Origin: Balamuthia mandrillaris
Taxonomy: Eukaryota
DNA length: 64,000 nucleotides
Direction: 5' to 3'
Assembly: GCA_031835245.2 (NCBI GenBank)
Contig: JAVKOQ020000015.1
Location: 186,001 to 250,000, forward strand
Positions 37,548 to 50,046 of this stretch are shown here, piece by piece; within the stretch, counting starts at the first letter, position 1; every line of letters starts with the position of its first letter. The position numbers were made by a program, and so were the translations under genes. The notes beneath the pieces were generated by a model that did no database searches, was not told where the DNA came from, and saw only the letters and a program-made list of their open reading frames with translations.

Positions 37548-38395
37548 TGTACGCTGCCGCTGTCTTCCCGCACGAGTTTCTGCCCCTGCACGGCTGCAAC
37601 GACATGTCGGCCGGTCAGGACGGCTGGCTGGCGCCCGCTGCCCAGGGAGAGGAGGACCTTTGGGCCAGCTCCTCGGCCTCGTTCGACCTGCTGAACCCCG
37701 CCGACTATTACTGCCCCGCTTCCTCTCCGTTCTTTGAGGAGGAGGAGGAAGACGGATACTCTGCTTCCATGTTGCTGCTGAGCGAGGATGTCGCTTCCTC
37801 CAATGGCTCCGCGTTGGCCTGCAGTCCGCTGGCCTCTCCACCGCCGGCCTTTGGGGACGGGCTGTACGACTCCTTCTCGAGCCCTAGCCTGACCCCGCCC
37901 GAGTCTCCGTTGGATCAACTGGAGGCGTTTCTTCTGGACAGCACCACCGCCGACAACGACGACGAAGACACATGCAGCTGTTGTTGCTGCAGTGGCCTGG
38001 GAGAGGAAAGCGACTGCCAGCGTCAACGGTTGGAATGGTTGTTCGGCTCGTCTTCGATGGACGAAGAACTCCTCCGCAACAACCACAACAACAACTTTTC
38101 ATTCCTGCCAACAACGGAACCCACCATGCCGGTCACGACAACGACACCCGCCCCTGCTTCGCTGCTGATGGGTGGGTCGCTGAGCCATTTGCCCCAAGAG
38201 CTGGGAGCTGGCTTGAAGTACATCAAACCTTTGCACCGAAAGCGGGCGCGGCGGGCGGCAGGCAAGAAGAGCAAGCGGACAGAGGCCACCACCGCTAGGA
38301 AGGCCAGCAGGGGCAACGCCGACGGCAGCCACAACAACAAAACGAAGAAGAAGCGAACCACCGTTTGCAGAAAGAGACAACGACGTGCACTGTAA
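37548..38395 (+). CDS. Hypothetical protein with an acidic N-terminus and a basic, NLS-like C-terminus
   Basis: GC-rich coding-like ORF MYAAAVFPHEF...KRARRAAGKKSKR...RKRQRRAL; no recognised domain. Confidence 0.55.
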
Positions 38396-39344
38396 AAAAA
38401 AAAAACAAACAAAAAAACAAAACTAAATCAAAGAAAACAACAAAAAATAAAAGAAATGTACATTTAGTCAAACAAATACTGTTCCTTATTTTTCAATTAT
38501 TTGACCGAGAAGAAACGGCAAGGGAAAAAAGGGCAGCAGATAAAGTCCCTGCGCTTCCCTGCTACTCTTCGCGGGGAATAGTAATGTCGACAAGGACCAT
38601 TGTCATACCAAACCATTGCGCGTTGGAAATTTATTTATTTTTAATAATCTTATTCACCTATTAATAATTCAATTAATTCATTATCATTTTCCGATTATTG
38701 CTTTCTTTTCATCACTTGATTGGTTTGCGTTCTTTTTTCCTCATTTAATTTAATCCACCTTGTCTTATGGATGGGACGGATCACAAAGTTGTCCATCCTC
38801 AGATCGTTCTCTCTCTCTCTCTCTCTCTTTGGGGATGGAGTGAAGAAGGAAGAAAACTGAGGGCAACCACGACGAAAAAAGAAACGAGTCTGGGGTGTTG
38901 CGTGGCTCTTCCATCAGCTGTTCTTCTTTCGCCTTTTCAGGCATTCTTACAAAACCCCCATGAGGATAGTTGCTTTTCGTTTTCCCTCCTCGATGGGGTT
39001 GTGTCACAGCTGTCTTCTCTTCTGCGTATGTGTGTCCTTTCCCTCCGCTTCGTGGCGAAACAGTTGGGTTCCTGCCTCGAGGGTTTTGTTGTACCGGCTC
39101 CAGGTGCCTTCTCTCTTTCCTCCTCCTGGAGGGCCCGCTTGGCTTCTACGCTGATCCTCGCTTTCAGCCTACATCCACTCCTCCAGGTGGCTCCCCTGCA
39201 ATGGGGGAGGTGGGACCTTGTTGCTTGCTTAGTTGACTGCTTGGTGGTTGCTCAAGACAGTCCAGCGTGTTTTGAAAGCGGCTACACTCTAAAACAATAT
39301 TATTCTTTTGCTAGAAACAGGACAGGAGAGCAGGAGAGAAGCAT

Positions 39345-40443
39345 TCACAACACTGGCTTCGCCAACGCTTTCCACCAGTCGTCAGCTCTCACAATGCCTG
39401 CACCGCCGGTGTCATCGTTGTAGCCATCGTCACCGTCGTTGCTGCCACCGTCGTTGCTCCCATCACTGCCGCTACCATCATCGCTGCTCACAACCACCTG
39501 TTCGAGCGAGGTGCTGCTCGGCAGATTGTTGGAATCTCCGCCGTAGCTGGCCTGAATGGTGTGAGTGCCCAGGGGCAGGGTGGAGGTGGTCAAGCTGGCC
39601 TCCCCAGCCTCGTTCAGCTCGATGACCTCGCCCAGGACGTTGTTGATGAAGAAGGTGACGTTGCCGGTGGCATTCAAGCCCGGGACCTGAACATAGAAGT
39701 TCAGGCTCTGGCCGTACGTGCTTGGATTCTGGGAAGAGGTCAGGAGAGTAGGCGGAGAGACCATGAAGCTCAGGGTGATGACTCCGTTGCCCGGTTGTCC
39801 GCCCTGGCCGTGACTCACGTTGACAGCCTCTGGAATGACGAAGCTGGACCCTCCTCCTCCTCCACCAGTGCGGACTGAGTTGTCGACTCCGCCACCGCCG
39901 CCACCAAAGTAGCCTCCGCCACCCCCTCCGCCCCCGTAGGAAGTTTGTCTCCCGCCAGAGCCACCCTGCCCAGTAGAGCCTCCTGTGGCGGACCCGCTTC
40001 CAGCCGCTCCTCCCCCTTCTTGCGTTCCACCGCCGCCCCAAGTCAGTCCACCATTGTTGGACTGGCCGTTTTCGCCAGTGGTCGTCCCGCCTTTACCACC
40101 ACCGCTAACAGAGTTCTGCGAGGCACCGCCGCCGCCGCCTCCGGCCACCAACAACCTTGCTTCGAGAGTGTTGTTGCCTCGACGAACGTCGGAGGCTCCT
40201 CCTCCTGATCCTCCAGGGTTCTGGACGCCAGTGCCATAGCCTCCATTACCGCCACCGTTGATGCCGCCGGATGGACTGCCATATCCAACGCCGTTAGTGC
40301 CTCTGCCTCCTACGTTGAGGTACAGGGTTTCTCCAGGCGTGACCATCAGAGTGGCCCTGACCCATCCGCCTTCGCCACCTGGTCCGCCGCTGTTGTGGCC
40401 CGTTCCACCCCCAGCTCCTTCGGCATAGACAGTTATCTATTAT

Positions 40444-40488
<45 letters not shown>

Positions 40489-40726
40489 GAGAGAGAGAGG
40501 ACAGAAGATATGTTTAGACAACTGAGACCCTATTGAAAGGGGCGGAAGGGGAGGCCGAATTGTGTACTTCTTCAACATAGGGCGGCACCTCCCAGATATG
40601 TTCTCCAGGACTGTTGAACTCTGCGGTCAATTCCCCATTTACCCCTGCAAAGCAGCAGAGCAAGGTCGTGGCAGAGAGAAGCCACAACAACAGGAAGTGG
40701 TGGTAGCAACAATTGTTGTTCGTCAT
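39345..40726 (-). CDS. Secreted or surface glycine-rich (ALK/LTK-type) domain plus bacterial Ig-like (Big_3-type) domain protein
   Basis: Signal peptide; AEGAGGG..GGEGGWVRATLMVTPGETLYLNVGG..GGGASDVRR..RLLVAGGGGG; then TSSQNPSTYGQ..ATGNVTF..LPLGTHTIQASYGGDSN. One intron. Confidence 0.82.
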
Positions 40727-41303
40727 TGTTGACCCAACCTCAGTAAGTCACCGTAAGTATCGGTATTCGTTTGTCGGTAATGCAAATGTGTAAGTTGTTC
40801 GTGTTGTCGAAAAATAAAACAAACTGCCGTTTAAATAGTTTGGTGAACCGAACGACAGAACCGAAAAATGTTTTCACAAAACTGGTTTCGCCAAATAAGT
40901 TATGGGCAAAAAATACTGGCCCAGGCTTGCTCATAATCATTTATGCATGGAGCAATAAACCCTGATCACTACCAAAACGAAGCGATATTACTGTGACAAT
41001 CCTCATCACACACTGCTCGTGGCCACCAGTCGTTATCTTTACTCTGTAACGCCGGTCATAACAAGTCTTGCTGGTTCTTTAGTGAAGTATTAACTTTGAA
41101 CCGTGAATGATCATTTCTTCGCTGAAACAAAAAACAAAGTCATGCGTTGTTTGTTTATATTGAGATTTATTTTTATAATGATATAGAATTTTTTTTTACA
41201 AGTTTTAACAACGAGGAACAAAATTAATAAACAATTGAAACAAAAAAATTTAATAAATAATAAAACAGGATTTTTTTTCTTTTTTTTTTTGTTGTATGCA
41301 TCA

Positions 41304-43783
41304 TCACCTGCGATAGAATTGAGGCGGAAACGGAGGTGAAGAAGGGGCAGACAACAAAGAGCTGATACTGAGTCGTGGGTTAGGAGACATTCCCGTTGGA
41401 GTGACAGAGGAAGAGGGAGAAGCTGGAAACGGAAGGAGAGCAGCGGTAGATGGAAGAAAGTTGGGTGATGGAGAAGAGGAAGCAGCAAGCCTAGAAAGTG
41501 GAGAAGCCGCTGCAGCAGCTGAAAGATGAACTGGATGCTGGTAATGTGGTTGTGGTTGTGGTTGTGGTTGTTGTTTTGAAGAAAGAATAGAAGAAGGAAT
41601 GGCGTCAAGAATAGATGATCCAGACACAGAACCCGAAGAAGGAGTTGAAGGTGAGGTGATGTTGTTTGCAGAAGAAGCAAGGGATGGGGGAGGCGTTGGA
41701 GTAGATGGAGGAGCGGCAGAGGAGCGGGTAAGCTTTGCCAAAGAGAACGCAGCTTCGGAGAGAGAGTTTAATGCGTCATGTAAGGCTTCTGCTGTTCGTG
41801 AGTTGTTCTTGCTGTTCTTCTTCTTTGATTGCTTCTGGTGACGATGAGAAGTTTTCCGTTTTTTCCTTCGTCGGCTTCTTCTTCTTTCGTCGTTCTCGCT
41901 GTCCGAAGTGGAAGAACTGTCATCTTGTTCACTTTCAGTTGAAGAAGCGGAGACAGAAGAAAAGTCAGAAGGCCAGTCGTCAGAAGAATCATCCTCACTG
42001 TCGCTTATCTCCGATAAGCTTTGTTCTTCACTTTCGCTACTGGAAGAAGTTGTGTCATCTTCTTCGCTGCTTTGAGTTTCGTCATCTTCATCGTCATATT
42101 TCTTTCGTCGTCTCTTCTTTGCGCTGTTGTTCCGATGTCGATGTTTGTTTTTGTTTTTTCTTGAAGAACTGCTTTTTCTTCTTCTATTTGTAGAGACACT
42201 TCGTTGTTTCCTGACCCCCCGAAGAGAAGAAACCAAAAGCTTTGTGTCCTCAGTTTCTTCCCATGAATCAGTTCTGCCTTCTTTGTTTTGTTTACCATAA
42301 GTTACTTGGAGATACGAAACGAACATAGAAAATGCCATTACGAGACGTGCAGAAACAAGAAAGACGAGGACATAATAAAAAAAAGAGAATAGATAAAGAG
42401 GAAAAGAGAGGATACCCGCAGTAGCACTAGACTGATCATCTAGATCGCTTTCGTCATCTCTGTCGTACACCTTTCGCCCTTTTCTATTTTTCCTCTTGGT
42501 GTGCTTGTTGTTCAACCTCCATACAAGAGACACATCTTCGTCGAATCCTTCGCTTTCCTCTTCTTTCGCCATCTTAGATCTTTTTTTCGCTGAACTCTTT
42601 TTCTTGCTGTTGTTCGTTTTTTTCTTTCGGGGCTTCTTTTCTTTCTTGATCTTCTTCTTTTTGTTACCTGCTTCCGTTGTTATCGATGGATCTTTCTTTT
42701 CCTTCGTTACTTTGGTTTCTGGCAGAAGTTCAGTTGAAGCGGTCACTCCATCTTCCTCCAACAATGATTCGTCTTCATCATCCAATTCGTCCATCATTTC
42801 CAATGTCTCTCCAGGCTTTAGCTCATAATACGAAGGCTCGTAGTCCTCCAATTTGAGATGGAACAAACTTTCTGGATTACGGCTACCTTTACTTTGATAC
42901 AATTCGTACTGGTACAGGTATAAAGACAGAGAAAAAAATAAGCAAACGACAATGAAAAGACAAGAAAGAAAAACAGAAACTAGAACAAAAGAAGTACTAG
43001 AAAAAAAAGATTAAGGACAAGAGCTAGGACATGCAGAAGCAGGGTGTACCTTTTGAGCGTGAGATTGAACCTGAATTCTAGTGCGAGTACCAACAATTTT
43101 CGAGATCTCCTTCCAGGAAGTAGCTCCTTTCCCAAACTGCTGCAATCCCCACAAAAATCGTAAATGCTCTTTCACCGTCCAGTTCTGTCTCGCCGCCATC
43201 TTCTTCCTTTGTTTCTTCGAAATGTGACGTAAATTTTGTTGATGATTTTCGCTGTCATCAGAAGACCCAGTCGACTGCTTCTTGCTGGACTTCTTGCTCT
43301 TTTTCTTGTCATCGTCACTAACTCTGCTTTTCTTGCTGTTCTTCTGTTTCTTCTTGAAATTGCTGCTGCTGATATTTTCTCTCCAGTCATCGTCGTCATC
43401 GTCATCTCTATCATCTCCTTCTACATCTTCAAAAAAGTTTTCTTCCTCTTCTGCATCTTTTGAACCGGCGGAGTAGAAAAGGTTTCTTTTTGATTGCTTG
43501 TTGTGATGGTGCGATCGTTTGCGTTTTTTGTCGCTCTTCTGTTCGTCTGTGCGTCCTTGTGAGTCCCTTCCTTCACCTGGCAGTTCTTTTTTCTTTTTTG
43601 TCTTTGAAGGCGAACTGTTTTAAAGCATTAAGGCACACGTTAACATTTGGATTAAGCCAACAAAAAAACCACCAAGCATAGTTACGAAAAAGAGACAGAA
43701 GAGAGCTTATGAGAAAACGAAGAAGAATATGAGCAAAGAGATACGAAGAAACTTGAACGAGGCAAGAGAGCGGAGAGAGAGAA

Positions 43784-43826
<43 letters not shown>

Positions 43827-44729
43827 AGGGAGCGCGAGAGAGGCGTACCGAGACAAGTAGGAAGCCGAAGATGACAACGGATTAGGTGCCAATGGAGGAG
43901 GAGGCAACGAAGGAGTTCCGGTACCTCGCTCCAATGCTGCAGAGACGGACAAACCCGATGAGATTACAGCAACAGAAGGAGCAGCAACTGACAAAGCGTT
44001 CGCAGAAGACACCGAAGACGAAGTTGATGAAGCAGACTTTGTCTGTTTTCTTTTTGGTCTGGAATGTGTCTGCGAGGAAGTTGACATGTTGCTATTGGCC
44101 TCCTTCTTTGCCGCTGCAGAGTGAAAAGGACAGTTGGCTCCACGTCTACAAGGTTGGCCTTGCTTGTTGAGAACGCCGCAGGAGCCCAATCTTCCTCTCC
44201 ACTTGACTTCTTCCCAGTTTTCAGGCGTCTCCGATGCCGCTTGATGTTTGTTCGAGGACGAAGATCTGCTCTTTGAGGTGTTGGCATCTCGTTTCGGTTT
44301 TGAGTTGGTTTGCAAACGTGACGAAGAGGAGGATCCCCGTTTCTGTCGTACTGGAGATGAAGAAGAAGAAGAAGCATTTGTGTTGCTGTTGGAAGAAGAA
44401 GAAGATGTCGATCGTTTACGTAGATTTTCGACTTGAATGCCAATTCCTCCTTCCGATGAAGATGAAGAGGAGTGAGGGAGGTGTTGCAACGAAGAGAGCA
44501 TCTCCAGCCCTGCTCCACTGCCATTATCACCACTCGTGGGTGAGGCAGTACCATCCATGGAAGCGACGCGTTGATTGGGAATGGCGGTCACTTTAATCGA
44601 AGGAAGCAAGGCAGGATCTGCTTCATCCTGTTCTTCTCCTTTCGAGGAGGAAGAAGAAGAAGAGGAGGAGGAGGAGGAGATGAGGTCTTCCGCTTTGGAC
44701 TTTTTGTCGATGTGGACGTTCGTTGCCAT
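41304..44729 (-). CDS. SHAQKY-class Myb transcription factor
   Basis: WTVKEHLRFLWGLQQFGKG..WKEISKIVGTRTRIQVQSHAQK|Y; extensive low-complexity regions; N-terminal CGVLNKQGQPCRRGANCPFH motif. Confidence 0.88.
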
Positions 44730-47700
44730 GATGAAAGGCAACAGAAGACGAAACGAAGAGAAAAAAAAACGTCTTCTCTCTCGCCTAATTCTTTGTTATT
44801 CTGAGGATGAAGTGGAGAAAGAAAAACGGGTTAGACATGCATAAGCCGAAGAAGAAGTATTAAAAAAAAACAAGATACCCATACGTCCAACAAACTTTAA
44901 ACAACGACAACGAAACAACAAGAGCGTTAAAATAAAAAAAACAAAAACAAAAACACCCAAAGACTGACAGCACCAAACAACACACCGAACGAACAAAAAG
45001 TGACACGAGAATAGGAACGTCAACAACTATAATGGTACAAACCTCGCCTCGTTACACGGCACGTGTTGGGCAGGGTGGGGACAACCTTTGGGAACAAAAA
45101 GGGCAAAGCGGAGATATTCCAATATATATAGAAGAGCCTGTCATGAAAGAGCAAAAAAAAAAAAAAAAAAAAAAACAACGGGTGAGTGGAAGGTGTCACC
45201 GGAGTCAACAACAACAACAAATAAAAAACAAAAAGACAGAGAGAGAGAGAGAGGAGAAGAAAAAAAAAGGTATAAGAGGATAGATGATAATCAACGGATG
45301 TCAAAAAAAAAATAATGGATGACGTTCTTCTTCTCCTGTCCTCTTCGGATGATGGTGATGGATGCATCGGGTTGTGATGACATCCCAATCCAGGAAATGG
45401 ATGGATGAACGAAGGAGGAGGAGGATGAAAAGAAGAAGAGAAGAGGGATGCAGCAGAACCAGAACAAGAAAGCGGATGACACAAAAAAAAAAACACGGTC
45501 GATATAAAACGACGTACCAAGGGTTTTTCTTTAAAAAAATAACCTCGTAAAAACCGATGTGTTTTCAAGAAGAAGAAGAAGTGAAGCGCTCTTCAAGAAA
45601 AAAACTGTTGGTAAGCAGTAAAAAAGTGGGGAGGTCAGAAAAGCTTCAAAAAAAACCAAATGCAAAATAGATACAAAAAAAAAAAAAAAGAGGAGCTGGG
45701 TGGATAGATGATATACTAAGGCCTGATGGAAGAGGATGATGATGATGTTGGAAAGCAAGGATGAGACAAACTGTTTGGAACGTAAATGTGGAGGGAAATA
45801 ATAAATGAGGATAGTGTGAGGCGTTTAGGGAGGGGGAGGGAGGGATATCGGCTGCGTGTGCTGTTTAGCTATCTTCTTTCTTTTTGGAGCGTGTTGTTTC
45901 CGTAACCGTGGGAAGAACAAAAAAACACACAACACACAGTGAAAAAGGAAAAAACGAAAACAAAAAAAAAAAGTGGATGTTGTGGGATGAACGCAAAAAA
46001 AATAAAAATCCTCCAAATGTTTGAAAGGGAATGAAAAAAAAAAAAACGTATGCTTCACATTAATATACACAAACCCACATAATAATAATAAAAAAAAGAG
46101 GATCCTTGCAACATCATCGCCAACGAAAAAAAAAAAAAAATAACATAAAACAACAACAACAACAAAGGGGAAGTAACGACGATCACACGAAAAACAAAAA
46201 AAAAAAAAGCGGGTTGGGTGTTGTTGCATATCCAAATTTGGGCATACAAGTTGAAAAACGGAAATCATCCGATTCTCGGCGATTTCCTCATTGGTTGAAC
46301 GGATGAAAAGAAAATGGGAAAAGAGGGACAAAAAAAGTCACCTTTGGTGGTGGGGTGGTTGGTTGCACTGGCGGAGGTGGATGGACTGAGTGGGGAGGAA
46401 CAAAAGGGGGGTGGGGGAACGTGTGTAGGAAAGGGGGGAGGGGGGGGACGTGTGTGTGTGTGTGTGTGGAGGAGGAGGAAAAAAAAAGAGAGAGGGAACG
46501 AGGATGGAAAAATCGACAAAAAAAATAAAAACACGGGAGGGAGACCAGAAGAAATGACGGGAGAGAGATAGATAGCGAGGGATATCGCGTGGGTTGGGGG
46601 AGGTGGCGGTGGAGGAGGAGGAGGGAAGGGATGGCAATGAGGAAAAAAAAGATGAAAGATGTGACGAGGGAGAGATAGAGAGAGGGATATCCCATGTGGA
46701 GGAAAGGGGGAAGGGATGGAAGTGAAAAACAAAAAAGTGAACCGTAAAAAAAAAGAACGTTGTGTACCTTGCAGGCTTTGAAGGAATGAATGCTACGCTG
46801 ATATCGCGTAGGATTGCTTCGTCTCTCTTGGGTCGTACAACAAAGAGAGGCGATGTGCGTGTTGGAACAGCAGCACGGAGGTAACTCCTGACATGAAAAT
46901 GGATGAGCATGGTCAGATAGATGAATGCGACCGTCCACATGGACCATGAGAGCAGAAAGAAAAAACCTACCTTTGATATTATTTTTTTTTTTTGGTATCG
47001 AGAGATGAAGAAGAGAGAAAAAAAGATTAAGGCAGATGTGCGTTACCGCGATATCGGAGAGAGAGAACTAGACCACCGTATGAACCCAACCGTCTGTTTC
47101 TTCTTTCTCCGATCTGTGTAAACATACAGCAAAGTCAGCAACAGCATACAAATAATAAAAAAAGAAAACCTGGTTGATGAACGATGGTCATCCCCAAACG
47201 CGGAAAGGAAGTTGTAGTAAGGTACATACAAAAAAATAAAAGTATCTATCCACCTCCCTGCAGTTTTTTTTCTTCTTCTTCTTTGGATAAAACAACAGTT
47301 TTTTTTTTTATAAACAAACACAACCCGCTCAGGATGTTTGTCGTTTCCTTTGTTGTTGTAAAACAACAAAAAAAAATAAAAAAATAAAAAAATATAACAA
47401 TAAATATAGGAACCTGTCAAACAAAAAAAAAATAATAGCTCTCTTCACATTCAGAGGGTGCGTTGGGCCGATGTCGCTTTTTTTGTTTATCCTCCCGCAC
47501 TCTGTTTTGTTTTTTTCGCTATCCGAATTAGAAAAAACGTATGCAGCAAAGCAAATAATGCGCACACACAACCCCCCAAAAAAAAAATTCCAATCGCCTT
47601 TAGATTAGCCACAAAATTAAACGGCTTCCAAAATGAATGAAGCCAAAAGGAAAAATCTGGCACACCTTAGCATTTCTTCACCATCCAAAAGGGATATCGT

Positions 47701-47795
47701 GAAAGTTAACTTTTGTTCTTTTGGTTGGTTTGTTGGTTGGTTTTGTTGGTTTTTGTTTAAAAAAAAAACAACAACAAGAACAAGAACATGCGTTA

Positions 47796-48371
47796 TTACG
47801 ATCTGGATGATGAACGGGTCAACAGGCCGGACCATCCTTCCACCCTGTCCTCCCCAAACTCGTGGACCACCTCCAGGTCGAACCGCGGCGGGGAGAGCCG
47901 AGCGACCGCGAAGGAGTCGCCGCAATCGTAGCTCAACGTCAGGTGAGGGCTGTACTGCTTCCAGGCATGAGTGGCGCCCAAGGCTCTGGCCGCTTGATGC
48001 CGCGCTTGCAGCTCCGGGCTTTGGAGGTTGAGCACCAGGCAGGACGTCCCCAGAGAGGTCTTCCACATGGAGAGCTTGAAGGTCCCGTGGTAGAGAAACA
48101 ACGGCAGTTGTTCTCCTTTTTCTTCTTTATCTTCGTCACAGTAACTCTTCAAGCAAAAGCATGCGGAGTCTGAGGAGAACGACCCTGCGTCGCGAGTGTA
48201 GGGAAAGGAAACGTCCGAGTTGACGATGGTAATGTGAAGGTGTTCTCTGGAGAGGGCATTAGGGATGTCGTTGTCGCGCATGTACAGCTCCAACGCATCC
48301 AATGAAGTGGCAGAGAGACGAGCACCGATGAAAGTTCCTTCTCCTCTTCCCTCTCCTTCCTTGGCGTTCAT
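47796..48371 (-). CDS. acb1: 2H phosphoesterase resembling phage anti-CBASS nuclease Acb1 (T4 gp57B family)
   Basis: Intronless 191 aa with two HxT motifs (H46-I-T48, H143-L-T145). Blocks GTFIGARLS..SLDALE, IPNALSREHLHITI, MWKT...LVLNLQS..LQARH..ARALGATH...YSPHLTLSY and a C-terminal E..E.....W parallel the T4 57B sequence as I recall it. Confidence 0.88.
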   Translation of the reverse strand: MNAKEGEGRGEGTFIGARLSATSLDALELYMRDNDIPNALSREHLHITIVNSDVSFPYTRDAGSFSSDSACFCLKSYCDEDKEEKGEQLPLFLYHGTFKLSMWKTSLGTSCLVLNLQSPELQARHQAARALGATHAWKQYSPHLTLSYDCGDSFAVARLSPPRFDLEVVHEFGEDRVEGWSGLLTRSSSRS

Positions 48372-48827
48372 AACGGCAATTATAAAATAAACATTAATTA
48401 GGCTAAAACAAAATGAGTCATATTAGGATGCATAATGTACATATTAGGTATAAATCTGGAAATACCTATTCCTGTTTTAATGACGTCATTCGAGGGAAAA
48501 TGTCGACGATCGAATTGTTTTATGTCGACGTATGAGATCACCCAAGCTATATCTGATTTTTGGTTGGTCATTTGAAATTACTTGTACGATCCTATCAGAG
48601 GTACAAAGACTACAAAAACGTTCCAGAAGAAAAAAACAGCAACAAGAAGGTTGGTTTCAAACAAACCAAAAAGCTTCTCGAAGTTTTTTTTGTGTTTCAC
48701 ACAACAATGTTTTTTTTTTCTTGCCTTCTTCATGAGCTCGTACTATAAATGCCATATGTAACCTTTGCATTTCTCTTTCTTAGATAACGCACGCACACAC
48801 AACACAATCCACAACAAAAAAAAAAAT

Positions 48828-49658
48828 ATGCAAACCACCACACAACCCAAAGAACAATTTACTGCACGACCTCTCTTTGGAGGAGCCATGACCTGCGTCG
48901 TGCCCACCCGCTTCGTGGATGTAAGGTAAAAGAAAAAGACTCACAAACCACTTTCAATCTCACTCACCTACTTTGTTTTTTTTAAAAAAAAAAGTGATAT
49001 CCGGCCAGTGCCAGACAACCAAGAGGTCTTCACGGACGTCCACACCGACCAAAGTCTCATCATAGAGATCCTGGAGTACCAGTCCGCCGTTTCGGACACG
49101 GACAGCGCCAGTTACCTCTTCAACGACCTCGCGGAGGCCAACGAAGCCACGGACGGGGCTCGGATAGTCCACCAGGAGGCAATGAGTCCTGAGGACATGC
49201 CCAACTTTCCGTATGTTCCTTTCCTCCTTTCATTCTTGTTGTAGTTCTTCTTCTTGTTCTTCTTCTTGTTCTTCTTCTTCCTTGCCTTATCTCTTTCCTC
49301 TCCTTTCTTGGTATTCGTCGTTCTTTCTGGCCTTTGGTATGCTTCCTGTCTCTAACAACACAATAGGGATGTGCCCAAGTCTGTTCTTTTGGGCGTGCAA
49401 CGCATCGCCAAGTTCAACGAGTCCAACAGAGCCAAGAACGTGGTGCAGGTCTACCTGGCCAATGTGCGCCTGCCGCGACACACCACCGACCTCCTCATCA
49501 CCCTCAACGAGCCCGTCCAAGTGGCGCAGGAGAGCAGCAGCAAGGTGAACGTCGACACGCTGGATGCCGCGACGAGGGAGCGGATGGACAGCACCCTCCT
49601 GATATTCAAGGCGGTGCTCAAGAGCTTACGCGTGAATGATTGGACTCTCTTCGGATGA
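48828..49658 (+). CDS. MOG1: Ran guanine nucleotide release factor Mog1
   Basis: RPLFGGAM...FVDVSDIRPVPDNQEVF..DQSLIIEILE; QRIAKFNE..LANVRL...TDLLITLN; SLRVNDWTLFG. Confidence 0.92.
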
Positions 49659-50046
49659 GCCGGTTCTTCTCTTTGCGTAACTCTCTTCTTCTTGGAGAAG
49701 CAGAAAGAAACAAAGAAAGAAAGAAAGAAACGACAAGAAACGACAAGAAAGAAAGAAAGAAGATAACAAAAGAAGTTACACACAAAGGAAGATAAGAGAA
49801 AAGAAAGGAAAAAAGAAAAAGAGAAAGAGAAAGAAGAAAGAATGAAAGCAATAAAAACTGTGTAATTAGGCACTTTACTTTCGAAAGGAAAAGAGGAGGG
49901 AGGAGTTTTTCAACTGAGTTCCAAAACGTAAGAACGAGTCATTCACTTGGGCCTCCTTTCTTTTTTTTGCTTTCCTGTTGGTAAGGAAAAAAGTTCCACA
50001 ACAACGGACGAGGAAGAAGAAGAAACAGAAGGAGGAAAAAAAAAAG

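Noticed and set aside
38767..39423. 218-aa plus-strand ORF
   Set aside because: It includes a CT microsatellite, overlaps the antisense of the Gly-rich gene, and has no domain.
45020..47640. Multiple Phe/Lys-rich ORFs upstream of the Myb gene
   Set aside because: They derive from poly-A/T tracts and have no coding signature.
47796..48371. Acb1-like gene as phage contamination or a prophage
   Set aside because: No other phage genes are nearby; the flanks have host-type AT-rich spacers and spliced eukaryotic genes. Read-level confirmation is still needed.
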